Source: Octopus sinensis | Taxonomy: Eukaryota | Assembly (NCBI RefSeq): GCF_006345805.1 | Contig: NW_021835509.1 | Location: forward strand, 1-39,653 | Reading direction: 5' to 3' | DNA length: 39,653 nt | Part shown: piece after piece, positions 36,416-39,653 of the stretch | Layout: the number at the start of each line of letters is the position of its first letter | Position numbering within the stretch: position 1 is the first letter of the stretch | Made by a program: the position numbers and the translations under genes | The notes under the pieces: generated by a model | Told to the model about the DNA's origin: nothing | What the model saw: only the letters and a program-made list of their open reading frames with translations | The model's database searches: none

Positions 36416-37794
36416 GAGCCAACTGAAGTCTTGTGATTGAATTTAGTTGGTGGAAGTTTCCATCATGTGTGCATGTGTGTGCAAGTGCTTGTGCCTCCTA
36501 ATAGAGATTAGGGGATATATGTATGTATATATATACATGTGTTGTGTGTGTGCATGCATATATACATATATGCAAATATATATATACATATGCATATGTA
36601 TATATATATATATCCACACATACACACACACATGCACAAACAACACATACACACATCTCAATATGTACATATATGTGCATATATTTATATATTTATTGTG
36701 TTCAGCCACTGTCTTGTAGGTTGTTACACAGAATTTTCATGACTTTATATATTTCCTCAAGTAATGAAATTTTCTTCTCTAATGAAATCTTATTAACGAA
36801 AGCCAAGATGTTGCCAAAACATAACCATTCCATAGGTTAACCTAGGTCAAAATTGTTATATGAAAAAAATTTTATAGTAAGGGCACAAATTCCTTACTTG
36901 GAAAACAAAAAAAAAAAACAGGAAGAGCAAGATAATTCACAGTAGGAAAAAAATTGATCATTTGCAGAAATGAAAGTTTGAAGAAACTCTGAGTAACAAT
37001 GTAAATTAATTAGATTACTTGCATGAACAGTTGCTTCATTTACTCACACATGCACACATATACATCAGGATCATTTCATTTACATGAATACAATTTTGAA
37101 AGATATGTAAATTCTGTTATTCATTTGTATACTATTATCCGAAAAATTCTGCATTACAAGATAACTACAAGAAGAAACACACGCATGTGCACACACCACA
37201 CACATAATCATAATAATAAAATGTGTACATATGTTTCTACCTGTACATGTAAACCATGCAGGTAACTTTTCTAATTACAAAGACAAAGACGTGATTTGTT
37301 ATATACAGAATTTTAGAAGAAGTATAATATAAGATATAAATTGTTCAGAACCTGGTAAAATTCATTTGGCGAGAAATAATCTGTTCTCAAATTACTATAA
37401 TTCATTTACTTCTTTCATTATTCATAGTTCAAGCTTTTTCGAATGGGTATTATGTAAAGATTAATTGTTACTTGTATGCATAACTGAATTGGAAATATGT
37501 ATGAAACTAGTATTGTTTAGATTAAATCAAAATGTGTTCAAATTTTTGCACTAAATACATAAATTTTATACATACGAAATAATGGTTATATGATAAATAT
37601 ATCCACAAATATATTATCTATTTAGGCATATACATGTAAGTAGGTATGTATATATATCTGTATATGAACTTACTTGGAAATATATATGAGTATGTTTGTG
37701 AAAATCTATATATTGTAAACATAAATGAATGTGTGTACATATATACATGTATATATATACAAAAATATATACACATATACATACATATATACAT

Positions 37795-37857
<63 letters not shown>

Positions 37858-38077
37858 CCACATCTATATATATATATATATACCCCACATATATATATAT
37901 ATATATATATCTACATATACATACTTACATTCATACCTACTTGCAAGGGCATGTATTTAAGAGAAAATTCAGATGAGAAAATCTTTTAATGCTAAATTCA
38001 TTATTGTAATTAGATTTAAATTCTCAAAAATGGCAAGGTTGGTAGGAATAGAATTAAAATTTAATGTGTATACTTAC

Positions 38078-38147
38078 CACAGTGAAATTCTCAGCGCTGT
38101 AAGGACATGAATTTTGCGTTCAGACAGAAGAACAATTTACAGTACAC
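38078..38147 (-). other. Candidate 70-nt non-coding exon
   Basis: Acceptor ctctgcttactttttcag|G and donor GTG|GTAAGTA; stops in all three frames. Confidence 0.4.
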
Positions 38148-38794
38148 CTGAAAAAGTAAGCAGAGTTAAACGAAATTTAATAAATATGCCATCAGCCTTT
38201 TTTCATTGTCTTACTAGAATGAAATATCATAAAATGGAAAAAGAAGTAGATTTTAAATATTTATTATCTTTTATCTGTTTTTTTTTTTTGGTTTTTTACT
38301 GGTTTCCACCAAAGGATGAGACCATGCTGGAGCACTGCCTCTCAGTGCGTTTGTGCATCTTTTCTGTATTGTTTCTGATAAGCGTACACCAGGCACATGC
38401 ATCACAACCATATGTACACGACATGGTTGTCTCATATCAAGCTAAACAGCACATGACCTTGGTGGCGGACCCCAATTAGAATTTTCTTCAAATTAAGTAG
38501 CCCATCCTGCTTAAAAGGTTCCTGAATATGGGTTGTTTAAGAATGGCTATGATGCTCCCCCACAACTTCTGCTCATGATCAGAGATGCACATTTCGTCAG
38601 TCACTAAGGGACAGGCTCAACTGGTTAAGGTCAAACAAGTGACAAGAAAATCTGTGGTATTGAGCAGAATATTCGCTGTAGCCCGTCTTTTATACCAAGA
38701 CAAAACAATGTACATGATAACACTTCCGATCAGTTAAGATCAGAAGCCATAAGAGCCACTGCCTGGTACTGCATCAGGGCTTTCATCATCATCA

Positions 38795-38840
<46 letters not shown>

Positions 38841-39439
38841 CCATCATCATTATCATTACTATCATTATCATTATTATTAGTATTATCATTATTATTATTT
38901 CATATGTAATATTGATTCGTATGTGAATTCATAGACTCTACAATTTTCTTTTTCTTTTACCATCCTTAATTTTTAACTTTAATAAAAATATTTATGTTTT
39001 ATGACAATAGAATTTAAAAATCACTAAAACAGATAAATAAATATTTGAAGATGAAAATGAAATTGAAATTTTCTTTCAGTCTGTTCGTCAACTAAAACAT
39101 ATATTTGCTGGTGGGCTTGTAAAAAAAATCAAAGAAATACAAATGCCTTCTTCAAATTATATAATGTTAAAATAAAGAAACAATATTTCCCTCATTAATT
39201 TATTGATTGGTATAAATAACATTTTTTTTCTCCCAAACTGTTTTGTATTTATTTTTCCATGTAAGCATGCATAGGATGGTTTATGATTATGTTGAGATTT
39301 TTCATTGTTGGAGAATATGTATGTATGCATGAGTTCATGTGTCTGTGTGTCAGTATGTGTATATGTGTGTGTGTGTATCTATATCTATCTACGTATATAT
39401 ATACATATATATGTCTGTTTGCCTGTCTGTATGTATGTA

Positions 39440-39653
39440 TGCCTTACTTGTTTTAGTCACTGGACTGCAGCCATGACTGGGCAAATATCTTGGAGAGATT
39501 AGTCAAATAAAGCAATCCTAACACTTATTTTTTAAGATTGGTACAAGTTCTATCAGTCACTGGACTGCTAAGTTACTAGGACATAAACACAGCTCCTGTT
39601 GTCAAATAGTGGATGGGAGGGAAAATGCAAAGACATACACGTACACAAACATA
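39440..39653 (-). mobile_element. SINE family A, 3' half, old, runs off the window
   Basis: tacttgttttagtcactggactgcagccatg...ttctatcagtc. Confidence 0.7.

Noticed and set aside
38500-38790. Segment I recall as an octopus interspersed repeat
   Set aside because: Single copy in this window with no diagnostic termini; cannot be supported from the sequence alone.
302-39502. Most ORFs in the six-frame track (poly-IY, HT, LS, I, H, R/E tracts and recurring SINE peptides such as GFFQFPSTK)
   Set aside because: They are translations of microsatellites and SINE consensus, recur in several frames and strands, and have no protein-like complexity.
1-39653. CRISPR-like or regularly spaced repeat arrays
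   Set aside because: Recurrent motifs are SINE modules with irregular spacing in a eukaryotic context; there is no constant repeat-spacer structure.

Overview
AT-rich eukaryotic genomic DNA saturated with microsatellites and short interspersed repeats. The repeat families look like those of a coleoid cephalopod, probably Octopus (from my recall of these sequences, not a database search). Nearly all ORFs in the supplied track are translations of (TA)n, (CA)n, (ATT)n, (CAT)n or (GAA)n tracts or of SINEs, and I could not assign any host protein by homology. What the sequence supports: (1) three recurring SINE-like families, here called A (tRNA-like head, internal TA/TG microsatellite, 3' module), B ((GAT)n tail, RTE-like 3' end) and C (tRNA-like head, Meta-domain-like core, often an (ATT)n tail); (2) decayed maT-type (DD37D) Tc1/mariner transposons, a mariner MITE, a 31-bp-TIR MITE and TTAA-flanked piggyBac-type MITEs; (3) two non-autonomous Helitrons with canonical ends; (4) 3' remnants of L1/Tx1-, RTE- and CR1-like LINEs. 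The most informative signal is that homologous repeats keep their CpGs left of about 12.8 kb but show CpG-to-TpG/CpA decay to the right. This suggests a methylated gene body whose small exons are hidden among the repeats; several splice-site-flanked candidates are listed at low confidence. I do not see a convincing novel multi-gene system.
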